From positions 1-64,000 of IMG/VR virus record IMGVR_UViG_3300037116_000299: a stretch of 64,000 nt of DNA; one strand, written 5' to 3'. The translations under genes were made by a program, and so were the position numbers. The notes beneath the pieces are model-generated. The model searched no databases, was not told the origin of the DNA, and worked only from the letters and a program-made list of their open reading frames with translations. Below are positions 36,521 through 45,797 of this stretch, in pieces (position 1 is the first letter of the stretch; the number at the start of each line of letters is the position of its first letter).

Positions 36521-36940
36521 TTACGCGCCCACCTTCTCGTATTGCAAGCGGACATGCTGCTTGCCGTTGACCTCGTACTTCTGAGGGGCTCCAACCACAC
36601 GCAGGCCCAGTTTGGCAGCCGTGGCCTTGGCCTTGGTGACGATGTACTGTCCTTCGACCTTGTCCATGAAGTTCTCCGGGGTGATCGGGCTCATGATGTA
36701 CGGATCCATGCCGATGGTGTAGAACCCATCCGCTTCTTTCTTGAATCCGATGTCGCCACGCGACCCGGTGTCTTCCTTGCGGAGGAGGATCTGGTAGCCC
36801 TTGCGGTTGTCGGCTCGCGTATCTCCGCGAACCGTCTGGTCCTGTCCTACGACGGGCGAGTAGCCCATGTGCTTCAGGGTGTCGACCAAGCACTTCTCGT
36901 GGTTCATCGACTTGGCTTTGAGCTGACGGAAACTGCTCAT
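36521..36940 (-). CDS. DUF1257 (Ycf35-like) protein
   Basis: MSSF..LVDTLKHMGY..VRG..DIGFKKEADG.Y..D.Y..QY..G. Confidence 0.8.
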   Translation of the reverse strand: MSSFRQLKAKSMNHEKCLVDTLKHMGYSPVVGQDQTVRGDTRADNRKGYQILLRKEDTGSRGDIGFKKEADGFYTIGMDPYIMSPITPENFMDKVEGQYIVTKAKATAAKLGLRVVGAPQKYEVNGKQHVRLQYEKVGA

Positions 36941-37653
36941 ACGGTGGTACCTTCTTTCGGTTGGAATGGCTCGAGCATGTTGCGCATCTGGTACTCGAGG
37001 CTGTAAGTGCTGGTGAGTTTGTCGCGCGGAAAGAGCAGCGCCGGCGGGGCTTGCCCATAAGCCGGCACGATCCGAACCCCCTGTTGTCCCGCCCCCGCGC
37101 TAGTGGCAAACGCTTCCAGACCAGGGGTCGGCATCGTTGCAACGTACGCGTTGGTGGAGCGCCAGAGTAACGCCATGTCCTTGAGGACCAGATCTTCCCT
37201 CTTGCTGAAACATCCAGTCAGAGAGCAGGTGTGCCCGCCTGGTTCAAAGTAGCGATCAGTCGTGTTCTTTGCGCCATCGATTCCGTGAAACCGAACGATG
37301 TGGTTCTTGAGCACGATATGCTGTCCGTGCTCCTGCGCTGTGGGGTAGAACGTCGAGGTGTACTGGCTGTAGCCGGCTTTGGACTCGTCATTGGGAACCC
37401 ATTTCAACAGGGTGCCGAACTTCTTTGCGTCCGAGCTGGTGCTGATAAAGGCGGTCTCCTCATACATCCAGAGATTGACCTCTTCATCAGTCAGAAAGCA
37501 GGCCTGGATAACATTCCCACAGGTAGGGCACCGGTGTCCGTAGATCAGATCCCGTTCGAGGTTCGGCGCCTTCGGGTTCCCCCGAAAGGCCGGCCGCGGT
37601 GTGAATAAGAGCTTGCAGGACTTGTCACCGGGAGCCCCTGTCAGTTCAATCAA
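36937..37653 (-). CDS. hypothetical protein (CPTC..HTC..C)
   Basis: Coupled overlaps. Confidence 0.7.
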   Translation of the reverse strand: MIELTGAPGDKSCKLLFTPRPAFRGNPKAPNLERDLIYGHRCPTCGNVIQACFLTDEEVNLWMYEETAFISTSSDAKKFGTLLKWVPNDESKAGYSQYTSTFYPTAQEHGQHIVLKNHIVRFHGIDGAKNTTDRYFEPGGHTCSLTGCFSKREDLVLKDMALLWRSTNAYVATMPTPGLEAFATSAGAGQQGVRIVPAYGQAPPALLFPRDKLTSTYSLEYQMRNMLEPFQPKEGTTV

Positions 37654-37958
37654 TAGGACCTCCTGTAGATGCGGGCATATTCATCGCCCTCCTTCTCGAT
37701 CCGTGCGTGAGCGACGCTCATACACGATTCCTGTTGTGGCATCAGGTAGAGGAAGTCAGGCCAGAGCATACGAAATACCTCGGGCTCGATCTTCATAACC
37801 TGGAAGAAGGTGGTGTTCGATTCAACCGAACACTTGAACCCCTTCGCGACCGCGTTGAGCAGCCGCGCCCAGACGAATGCGGATTCCCGCGGGATATAGC
37901 GGAGACGATTCATTGCCTCCACTACCTGCAGGACATTCTTCTCTTGCTCAGGGGTCAT
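37650..37958 (-). CDS. hypothetical protein
   Basis: Coupled overlaps. Confidence 0.65.
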   Translation of the reverse strand: MTPEQEKNVLQVVEAMNRLRYIPRESAFVWARLLNAVAKGFKCSVESNTTFFQVMKIEPEVFRMLWPDFLYLMPQQESCMSVAHARIEKEGDEYARIYRRSY

Positions 37959-38293
37959 GAAGCTGGCACCCCCGGCGGAAGCCGCTGGGCGTCATAAAAC
38001 TCCTGCAATCGCTGCAACCCCAGATTTGAGAGACGAATGAACGGATCGAGTAGCCGGTAGGCCTGCTCTCCTGTTTTCTCGTTCATCAAGTTGAGCCGGT
38101 AGAAGTCGGTGTTCGGGTTCACGTGATACACCCCGCCAACCGTAACCGCTTCCACAATCCCCATCCAGTCCCACTGAGCGTGGCCGGAACCCCGGCTTAG
38201 ACGGTATGCTTGCATCACCGTCAAAAGCCGAGACTCCAGATCCGTTGTGGGATCGGGCAGCGACAACTTCAGATAATCCGACTTGCTGCTCAT
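37955..38293 (-). CDS. hypothetical protein
   Basis: ATGA overlap with the SNF2 stop (MSSKSDYL...). Confidence 0.65.
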   Translation of the reverse strand: MSSKSDYLKLSLPDPTTDLESRLLTVMQAYRLSRGSGHAQWDWMGIVEAVTVGGVYHVNPNTDFYRLNLMNEKTGEQAYRLLDPFIRLSNLGLQRLQEFYDAQRLPPGVPAS

Positions 38294-41175
38294 GCTAGAC
38301 GTTCCTCCATCATCTCCAGGTCCGGGATGTAGACAAGTTCGTCGTCTCCCAGGTCGTCCCTGATCTGCAGTCCGAGGGCTTCTTCCTCCTCGAGAACGCG
38401 CTGTGCGAAGAACTTCACATCGAAGTCCATAGCTCTCCGGTTCATGACCTTCCGATCGAGCGCCTGTTCCGCGCCGACCATCTTGCCGTAGAAGACCGTG
38501 TAGATATACTCGTCCAGCGAATTCTGCGAGACCATAAGGTAAACATCGCAGTTTCGATCCCGCGGTGTCGGCGCCATAGTCCTCGACCAGGCCTGGCATT
38601 GCCAGGCAGGTGACCAAAGCATGTCCGTGCAGATGGTGACATCGGCACAGGACGCATCGATCGATTCACGGACCGCCCGCGTGCCTGCGATATACACCCA
38701 GGCATCTGGATCGTTCGCGAACCGTTCCATGCTGTCAGCCCGTCTCTCGTCTCCCCAGCTAGTGATGAGGCGGATCGGGTTGTACTGCTTCAGCTCCTTC
38801 TCCAGCAGGCACTGCATCTCGATGAAGTCCGAGATGATGAAGACCTTCTTACCCTGCTCGACGCTGTCGGCGACCAGCTTCTTGATGTATTCCATCTTGC
38901 CGCCGCCGGGCGGCCCGGTGTACACCTCGCTTCCGAACTTCCGGTTGATGCGTTCCGGAGAGGTTGCGATGGTGCGCAGTGCGGACATCTTGGCGATGAC
39001 CAGGGTCTTGTTGACCTCGTTGCCCTTCTTCTCAGCGTCCTCGACCATCGCTTCATACTGCTTGCGGAAGTCGCGGAGCGCGTCGAGCATGACAGCGGCC
39101 TGCTTGTGGTGCATCGGCACCGTCACCTTCTTGATGCTAGGCCGAGGCTGGAGCATACCCGCCTCGATCAAAGACGACTTGAAGAGCGGATCCGAGTAGT
39201 TGCGGCGAACGATCTTGGACTGCATCGTGCGCCACCAGTCCGGGGGATTGACCAGGAACGGAGTCCGTTTCCGGATCGTCTTGGTGATCTCCAGGCCTGT
39301 CTCCTCATCGATCTCGCCTGTCGGCTTCTCCAGGTACACGAAGTCGCAGAACCGCTTCTCGAACTGCACACTACCGTCCTTGCCCCGCCAGGGGAAGTCC
39401 GGGCTGGGTGCATTGACGGCCCAATACAGGGGCCAGTACGCATCCAGCGGAGAGTTCGAGAGCAGCGTGCCGGTCATCCCGATGCGACGGCGCGTGCGGA
39501 AGGCATACAACGCCCGGGCGTTCTGGGTATTCATAGCCTTCGCATTGTGGATCTCGTCGCCCACGATGACTGGATACCGTCTCGATATCCGGCGGTAACG
39601 CGGTGGTTGCCACGCTCCGTCGGTTGCACCACACTCCTGGCACTGGCGGCCCTTGATTCGGGTTCCGGTGCAGCGCGCGTGAAGCGCCAGGGCTACATCG
39701 ACGTAGGTTCCCGGCTTGTGATGGGTGAGACGATTGCCTACAGCAGCCCAGGCGGCGCCGCGGTGAGACTTGCCTCCCTTGACGATGCCGACCTTGGGGC
39801 CGGATGTAGGGAAGGCCTGGTTGCGGTTGTCGGTCTGCCAGGCACAGCGCGAGCTGCGGCACACGTAGCCCTTGGATGTCGTCCAGGCAGCTTTCGTGGT
39901 CACACCCTTATCTGCCAGCAGGGGACGCTCCATGGGGTCGCCACAGTGCGGGCACGGGTTGTGCTGATAGACAAGGATCTCCTGCGGATCGCTCTTGTCC
40001 CATTCGACCTTGCGGCGAACCATGCGCTCCGGAGCACGCAGATAGTTCTCGTAGTCCTTGCGCTCGCGCAGGCTGGGATCGTCCATCTCCTTGATCCAGT
40101 CCAGGGTGAAGAGGTAATACTTACCCTCTTTCTCCAGGTCCGAATACTTGTTGACGAAGACGAAGTTATCCATGCCCAGGCGCTGGAACTCCTTGCGGAA
40201 GGCCAGACGGACGTTGCGCGTGCCGATGACGCCGATCTTCTTCGAGCCCCAAAGCTCGCAGATAGTAATCGCCTCGGATGTCTTACCCATCCGCATCAGC
40301 TTGCAGTTGATGACGCCGCGGTTCATGGCCTCGAGCACAGCGTCCAGACGGACGTGCTCGTAGAGGGGATGTTTCTTCCCTTCTTCCAGGGCCTTGCGAA
40401 CGAAGTCCAGCTTGTTCAGCCGGCTAGTCATCTCAGCAACGCGCTCAGGATACTTCTGGTCGATGGTGGCGCCGAACTCAACGCTTTCGCTGTCGTCGAG
40501 CCACTCCTCCATCGGAGGATCCAGCTCGGTCCAGTCGTACAGCTTGGACTTGGCTACCATATTCACACTGGAGTTGTGCGAGACAGCTTCCGTGCAAATG
40601 GTGACCTGATCCATGCCGTCCGTACCGCCGCCGGCGTTGGTAACCAGGTATCGCTTCCCCTTGACGAAGGTTTGCGAGACCTGGCCGGGTGCCACATAGT
40701 CCTTGATGCACAGCAGGTTCGTGCCCGGGCAGCAGCGGCCGAAGAGAGGAACCTCTTCGTCATTGCTGACAGCCACGGCCGGATAGGGCGCTGACTCCAG
40801 CTCTCGGCGGCGATACTCCTTACGGATGTAGCCCTCGAGGCTGGGAGAGGTGCCGATCTCGATCCCGTAACTGCGTAACAGACCGCAGAACGGGTGCTCG
40901 TTGATCTTGCCCTTCAAGTGCTGCCACAGCTCGATCTTCTTGTAGTCGGTGACCGGAATGCCTTCAGCGTTGTAGAAGTCCGGGGACTTCATCCACTGGC
41001 AGGACATACGGATCTGCAGCTCGCGTAGAGCGTCAGCAGCGAAGACATCGCTGGGTTTGATGAGGAGGTACTTCCCGCGCTTGTGTAACATCACGCTGGG
41101 CTTGGACGCATCCAGGATGACCGGGAAGTCAAACGCTAAGGTGCACTCCAGTTCACGTATCCGTGGCCTTCTCAT
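38290..41175 (-). CDS. SNF2/SF2 helicase with Zn-finger insertion
   Basis: MRMGKT, GDEIH, MTGTLLSN, RESID, WSPAWQCQAWSR. Confidence 0.88.
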   Translation of the reverse strand: MRRPRIRELECTLAFDFPVILDASKPSVMLHKRGKYLLIKPSDVFAADALRELQIRMSCQWMKSPDFYNAEGIPVTDYKKIELWQHLKGKINEHPFCGLLRSYGIEIGTSPSLEGYIRKEYRRRELESAPYPAVAVSNDEEVPLFGRCCPGTNLLCIKDYVAPGQVSQTFVKGKRYLVTNAGGGTDGMDQVTICTEAVSHNSSVNMVAKSKLYDWTELDPPMEEWLDDSESVEFGATIDQKYPERVAEMTSRLNKLDFVRKALEEGKKHPLYEHVRLDAVLEAMNRGVINCKLMRMGKTSEAITICELWGSKKIGVIGTRNVRLAFRKEFQRLGMDNFVFVNKYSDLEKEGKYYLFTLDWIKEMDDPSLRERKDYENYLRAPERMVRRKVEWDKSDPQEILVYQHNPCPHCGDPMERPLLADKGVTTKAAWTTSKGYVCRSSRCAWQTDNRNQAFPTSGPKVGIVKGGKSHRGAAWAAVGNRLTHHKPGTYVDVALALHARCTGTRIKGRQCQECGATDGAWQPPRYRRISRRYPVIVGDEIHNAKAMNTQNARALYAFRTRRRIGMTGTLLSNSPLDAYWPLYWAVNAPSPDFPWRGKDGSVQFEKRFCDFVYLEKPTGEIDEETGLEITKTIRKRTPFLVNPPDWWRTMQSKIVRRNYSDPLFKSSLIEAGMLQPRPSIKKVTVPMHHKQAAVMLDALRDFRKQYEAMVEDAEKKGNEVNKTLVIAKMSALRTIATSPERINRKFGSEVYTGPPGGGKMEYIKKLVADSVEQGKKVFIISDFIEMQCLLEKELKQYNPIRLITSWGDERRADSMERFANDPDAWVYIAGTRAVRESIDASCADVTICTDMLWSPAWQCQAWSRTMAPTPRDRNCDVYLMVSQNSLDEYIYTVFYGKMVGAEQALDRKVMNRRAMDFDVKFFAQRVLEEEEALGLQIRDDLGDDELVYIPDLEMMEERLA

Positions 41176-41192
41176 ACAGCGTCACCCCCGAA

Positions 41193-41235
41193 CACCGGGA
41201 GAAGCCGCAGCTTGAACGGCAGCTTCCCCCGGGTG
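41193..41235 (-). other. intergenic imperfect hairpin (G-U pairs on the mRNA strand)
   Basis: CGGGGGAAGCUGC-N10-GCGGCUUCUCCCG. Confidence 0.65.
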
Positions 41236-41259
41236 GCCTGGTAGTAGAGAAAACCTGAA

Positions 41260-42117
41260 TCAAGCAGACAGCCCAGGAGAACTACTCCCAACAGCGTCAG
41301 CAAACTCAGTAGAATCGGTTTCGAAAGCAAGGTGGTCTCCTTCAAGTGGCTGCATGCGTGTCTGTGCCCGTTCCGCTTCGGCGAGCCGGTCGGGGCGGAA
41401 CTGGAACCTGGTGCCAGGCGCAGGTCCCTGGCGCTGCCACCGCGCCAGACGAGCGCACTGCTGGCGGTAGCGGCGAGGTTGATAACGAATCAGCTCGGAC
41501 ACGTCGTCCGGGTTCTTGGGTTCGGTGAGGACTTCATCCAGATCCTGGCTGAAGAACTTCATGGGGATGGTCTCGCCCCGCAGCAAACTGCGAGAGACAG
41601 ACCGGTTATTCAACAGGGCGATGAACGTCTCGATCTGCTTGCGGTTCTCACCGATCAAGCGCTTGCGTTCGGCACGAAGGGCCGAGACGAAACGCTCCAC
41701 AGGGAACGGCATCTCCAGCAGATCCCACTGCGCATCGATACACGCCAGCTTCAGCTGCTCATCAGTGAGTGTGAGCACGCGCGTGACACGCTTGCCCTGC
41801 GCCTCATCGAAGAACGTGTCCCGCATGTAGCGTGCGCACTGCCAGGTTTCTGGCCGACTTGCCCTACAGCGAAACAAGTATTCGACCGAGAACCAGAATT
41901 CGTCTGCACTGGTTCCGTTCTGGCCCAAGCCAAAGAACAGATAGTTTGAACAGGCGTCCTTCAAAGACTCAGCCAGCATGGTACGCTCGCCGGGAACCCC
42001 GGAGAAGACATCCACCAACTGGCCTCCCAACATAGACGGGCCTTGCAGGTTACATTTGTCCAGGCGCTCATGGCCCCCAAACGGGTTCTTTGCCATCCCG
42101 CCCCTGCCGTTACTCAT
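41260..42117 (-). CDS. hypothetical protein
   Basis: ATGA overlap with the HU-like gene; long ORF. Confidence 0.7.
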   Translation of the reverse strand: MSNGRGGMAKNPFGGHERLDKCNLQGPSMLGGQLVDVFSGVPGERTMLAESLKDACSNYLFFGLGQNGTSADEFWFSVEYLFRCRASRPETWQCARYMRDTFFDEAQGKRVTRVLTLTDEQLKLACIDAQWDLLEMPFPVERFVSALRAERKRLIGENRKQIETFIALLNNRSVSRSLLRGETIPMKFFSQDLDEVLTEPKNPDDVSELIRYQPRRYRQQCARLARWQRQGPAPGTRFQFRPDRLAEAERAQTRMQPLEGDHLAFETDSTEFADAVGSSSPGLSA

Positions 42118-42407
42118 TTGATCTCCAATTCCCGCGGTGTGAAAACAACGCGATAACGCTTGCGATAAATCACTCGGACTCGTCCAAGCCGCCAGCATCG
42201 TTCAGGGGAGCGACTCTGTTTGACCACGGAAAACCGGCCAAATGGCAAGTCGACTACCTCATGTCGCGTCAAAGCTTCCTTGATGGAATCGAAGACAAGA
42301 TTGACGAAACTGTGGGCTTCCTCCCAGGAGAAACCCTTGGAGGCAAGTACCAAAGACAGAGGATGCGTTTTCCCAATCGCATACTTCTTCTTCTTCTTGT
42401 TAGCCAC
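42114..42407 (-). CDS. HU/IHF-like DNA-binding protein
   Basis: GFSWEEAHSFVNLVFDSIKEAL..VDLPFGRFSV..VVFTP. Confidence 0.75.
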   Translation of the reverse strand: MANKKKKKYAIGKTHPLSLVLASKGFSWEEAHSFVNLVFDSIKEALTRHEVVDLPFGRFSVVKQSRSPERCWRLGRVRVIYRKRYRVVFTPRELEIK

Positions 42408-42411
42408 AGGA

Positions 42412-43368
42412 TTAGGCCTTCGCCCAGATGTCGGCTTCAACAACCTGGACACCCCAGTCGTACTTCTCCGGTCCCAGCGCGATCCAGCCTGGGTTGCCGA
42501 GCGTTGGTACGATCCGGTGATAAGCAGCATTCATGCAGTCGGCCATGATCTTCTTGACCGGCGGGATATGATCCTGACGGACGTGCATGACAATCTCGTC
42601 ATGTACGACCAGGAGGAACCTGGCATCGTAGATGAGCGGCGCCGTAAACGACCCGCCACGTACAGCCTTGTAGATCTCCGGCATCGCCATCTTCAGGATG
42701 TCGGCATTGCCGGCCTGAATTGGCATGTTGCCGGCCCACCGCTTGATCTGAGAGAGCAACTCCTCAGCTTCCGGATCCCCGGCGGCTGGCAGTTGGTAGA
42801 ACCGCTTGCGGCCGCGCGGGCTGGCGCTATAACCCAGCTCGATGGCCAGACGGCCCTGGTTGTCCAGCCAGGCCTTGAGAACCTTGAAGGTGCAGAAGAA
42901 CTCCTCGATGAAGTCTTTGGCTTCCTCGACGGTCATACCCGTCATCAGAGCCACCCGAGTGGGGCCTGCCCCGTAGGGAACGCCAAAGGTCACAGTCTTG
43001 ATGCGTGACCGGATCAGGGCGAGTTCGTTGTGGCGGGGATGGCTCTCGGTGCTGCGAGCCTCCTCCATCTCTTCGTAAGTAAACTTGAAGCGGGCGCCAA
43101 ACACCTTCGTTGCATTGAAGGTGTGAACGTCCTGTCCGGAGTTGATGGCGGCGATCAGGATGGGATCTCCCGAAGCGTGCGCCATCAGCTTTACTTCGAT
43201 CTGCGCGTAGTCCGAGGCCAGGATCTTGTAGCCTTCGTCGGCCCGGATTGCCGAGCGCGGGTCGGGGACTGACCACTCCAGGACGTTCGTCTTGAAGTTC
43301 CAGAAATAGGACTTACCTGCAAAGTCCCCGACCTTTTCCCGCTCAACCAACACTGCTGCTTCTGCCAC
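42412..43368 (-). CDS. polA: DNA polymerase A, C-terminal (palm/fingers) subunit of a split enzyme
   Basis: Motif A DYAQIE; motif B RSRIKTVTFGVPYG; GNMPIQAGNAD; motif C VHDEIV. Confidence 0.92.
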   Translation of the reverse strand: MAEAAVLVEREKVGDFAGKSYFWNFKTNVLEWSVPDPRSAIRADEGYKILASDYAQIEVKLMAHASGDPILIAAINSGQDVHTFNATKVFGARFKFTYEEMEEARSTESHPRHNELALIRSRIKTVTFGVPYGAGPTRVALMTGMTVEEAKDFIEEFFCTFKVLKAWLDNQGRLAIELGYSASPRGRKRFYQLPAAGDPEAEELLSQIKRWAGNMPIQAGNADILKMAMPEIYKAVRGGSFTAPLIYDARFLLVVHDEIVMHVRQDHIPPVKKIMADCMNAAYHRIVPTLGNPGWIALGPEKYDWGVQVVEADIWAKA

Positions 43369-43371
43369 GAT

Positions 43372-43803
43372 CTACTCCTGTGGTTCGTCGTCCCCGCGGT
43401 AAAGGCCTTCTTCTCCGCCGTTCTCATCTACCTGGCGTGCCTGTTGTTCCAGGGAAGCCCGTTGAACCTTCATGGCGTTGCGCATGTCACCTTCACTGAA
43501 GGGACATTCAAAGATCAGCTCGCCGCTTTCGCGGTAAGCAGCCCACACGGGCTCGCGCGCGATCGCCGGGAACTGTTCAGCAGCTTCCTGCATCAGGAGG
43601 ATGAAAGAGATCTCGGCATTGGCTGCGTCGATCTGTCGCTTGCGATCGGCAATGGCCGACTTACGGGCAGACGCTACAGCCAGCTCACGCTGGACCTGCA
43701 GTTCTTCGTAGCGCAACTCCAGGGCGGACTTGATCTTGTCGTCTTCGAGTTCAGATAGGCGTAACCGCAGGGGCTTGAACGCCCGACGCTTGGAATCACT
43801 CAT
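43372..43803 (-). CDS. coiled-coil hypothetical protein
   Basis: Lies between the polA halves; heptad pattern. Confidence 0.7.
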   Translation of the reverse strand: MSDSKRRAFKPLRLRLSELEDDKIKSALELRYEELQVQRELAVASARKSAIADRKRQIDAANAEISFILLMQEAAEQFPAIAREPVWAAYRESGELIFECPFSEGDMRNAMKVQRASLEQQARQVDENGGEEGLYRGDDEPQE

Positions 43804-43973
43804 AGTTCTTTCTCCATGTCTTGGTGCAGAGCCTGCACCAGGTTGTTGTCGTACCTATCCGGGGCGTGGTAAGCCCCAAGAGCAGCCACAACGAGGGCCG
43901 CGGTACGATGGTTGAGGGTAAGGACCATGTCCCCTGAAGGGGATTTGCATCCCACATAGTTGGGACTGGTCAT
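43800..43973 (-). CDS. 57-aa hypothetical protein MTSPNYVGCKSPSGDMVLTLNHRTAALVVAALG... (not in ORF track)
   Basis: ATGA overlaps at both ends. Confidence 0.6.
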   Translation of the reverse strand: MTSPNYVGCKSPSGDMVLTLNHRTAALVVAALGAYHAPDRYDNNLVQALHQDMEKEL

Positions 43974-44152
43974 GACGGGCGCACCTGGGTCTCCAGGCGT
44001 TCCGCCACGGCGATTGCAGCGTCATCGTCCGGGGAGAGAATAGCCAGAGCATCGGCGACCAAGTCGGCCGTCTTCTTGTTCATGATGAGAGTGGTTACCT
44101 CTCCCATCTCGACCACGCTCCACTGGAACTTCTTGTGCGATTCCACATTCAT
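43970..44152 (-). CDS. small hypothetical protein
   Basis: ATGA overlaps at both ends. Confidence 0.6.
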   Translation of the reverse strand: MNVESHKKFQWSVVEMGEVTTLIMNKKTADLVADALAILSPDDDAAIAVAERLETQVRPS

Positions 44153-44370
44153 GCGGCTACCTGCTCTCGCAACAGCGGAGCAATCTCGGTGGTCGAGACT
44201 GGGTTCTCCGACGAGCCGTCCCAGACATGGACACGAAGTTTGCCTTCGTAGACCTCGATGTAGATCTGGGAGGGGAAGTTGGGATCCGTATCTGGAGAGT
44301 CCCTGAATCCGCGGACTCCTATCTCCAGACCTTCAGGGCCGGTTCCAAGGGTGTCTAATTCAATGCGCAT
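44149..44370 (-). CDS. small hypothetical protein (IYIEVYEGKLRVHVWD)
   Basis: AAGGAGG SD. Confidence 0.65.
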   Translation of the reverse strand: MRIELDTLGTGPEGLEIGVRGFRDSPDTDPNFPSQIYIEVYEGKLRVHVWDGSSENPVSTTEIAPLLREQVAA

Positions 44371-44372
44371 CG

Positions 44373-45797
44373 TTAGGCAGCCTCCTTGAGCTGCTGGCTT
44401 TCGACGGCCAGGCGTTCTGCACGCATGGCTGCGATCTGTGCTCCGAATGCCGACATGACATGCTCGATCTCTTCGGGCCGGCGCACCGGGGCGTACAGCT
44501 CCTTCGGCTTCGGAAACTGCTGTGCATCAGAGCTGAAGCGTCCGGTCGCGATCGTGGCCTTGTCTTCCCCGCCACTCTTGCGTCCTTCTTCTTCCCCTGA
44601 GCCCAGCTGCTTGAAGCGAGGGTGCCACTTGCCGGTGTGCTGGTTGATCTTGTCGACCATGTTGGTGCCGTAGGTCGAGGTCATCTTGGTGACGTTCGAG
44701 AACTCGGCCATCAGCTTGCACATCTCGCGCTGTTCCGGAGAGAAGTCCTTGCCCTTGACCTTGTTCTTGGTGACGTCCTTGAGGGTGTCGCGGCGAATGT
44801 CATCGAGATTGATATCGATCTCGCGCAAAGCGGCCAGCTTCTCGGCGTTCGACTTGAGGTTGAATACCGAGTCCAGTCCGGGGATCAACGATCCAACCAG
44901 ACTTCCCTGCTGCTTCTTCATCGCCGTGAACAGCTTGAAGATCTTCTCGCCGAGGTCGGACTCATGCTGCGTCCAATACTCGATGATCTGGCGCATGATC
45001 GGCACGCTCAGGTTGACGCCGTGGATCTCCATCTCCGCGGTGGGGAAGATGACATCGAACTCATCCCTGGCAGTGTCCAGAAGCTGCCACTGTTTCAGCA
45101 GCTTAGACTGGTCCTGCATCAGCGGGAACATCAGCACGATATCCCGGGCAGAGTAGTACGCCATGCTGCGCGTCAGCTTCCTCCGCTCGTCATCGAGACC
45201 GATGAACATGTCGCGTACGGCCTTGTTGATCAACCAGTAAGGCTCATGCCGGCGAACGCAGTCCGCCAGGCCTACCTTCATGGCCAGAAGCCCGGCAACC
45301 AGGATCTGTTCGGCGAGCATGGAGCAGTAAACCCGCTGCATGTGGACGCCGTACTTGACCAGGAGCCACTTGAAGTCATAGATCGCGTTGTGCAGCAGGT
45401 GTAGGAACTTGTCCGACTCCAGCCACGCTTTGAACTCGACCACCAGGTCGGGATCGATCAGATAGACCTGGTCCTCGTTGCCGATCTGGAACAACACCAT
45501 CCGGGTATCCGGATTGACCGGGTTCATCGAATAGCCCTTGTCGCCCTTGACGGTGCGGCCGGTGGTCTCGGTGTCGATTCCATGGATCCGGATGCGGTCC
45601 AGGAACTCTTTAATTGGGGCCAGGTCTCCAGTCGAGGTGACCTGGATGACCTGGTTTTGATCCCAGGCCCCAGGTTCCCACGCACTTTGCAGCCAATCCG
45701 GCCGGCCAACGATGCGATAGTTCACTGGAACGTGCATCTCCAGTGGAGTACACACCGGACCACGGGAGTGACCGCTACTGCGTCCTCTAGGTGCCAT
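44373..45797 (-). CDS. polA: DNA polymerase A, N-terminal subunit (3'-5' exonuclease + thumb)
   Basis: Exo I IDTETTG, Exo II HNAIYD, Exo III YSARD; EMEIHGV; FNLKS; TYG; HPRFKQ; ATGRFSS..QQFP. Confidence 0.92.
   Translation of the reverse strand: MAPRGRSSGHSRGPVCTPLEMHVPVNYRIVGRPDWLQSAWEPGAWDQNQVIQVTSTGDLAPIKEFLDRIRIHGIDTETTGRTVKGDKGYSMNPVNPDTRMVLFQIGNEDQVYLIDPDLVVEFKAWLESDKFLHLLHNAIYDFKWLLVKYGVHMQRVYCSMLAEQILVAGLLAMKVGLADCVRRHEPYWLINKAVRDMFIGLDDERRKLTRSMAYYSARDIVLMFPLMQDQSKLLKQWQLLDTARDEFDVIFPTAEMEIHGVNLSVPIMRQIIEYWTQHESDLGEKIFKLFTAMKKQQGSLVGSLIPGLDSVFNLKSNAEKLAALREIDINLDDIRRDTLKDVTKNKVKGKDFSPEQREMCKLMAEFSNVTKMTSTYGTNMVDKINQHTGKWHPRFKQLGSGEEEGRKSGGEDKATIATGRFSSDAQQFPKPKELYAPVRRPEEIEHVMSAFGAQIAAMRAERLAVESQQLKEAA

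Noticed and set aside
43369-44372. Split intein, group I intron or ribosomal bypass joining the polA halves
   Set aside because: No intein terminal residues, no homing nuclease or recognisable intron core, and the gap is filled by coupled ORFs.
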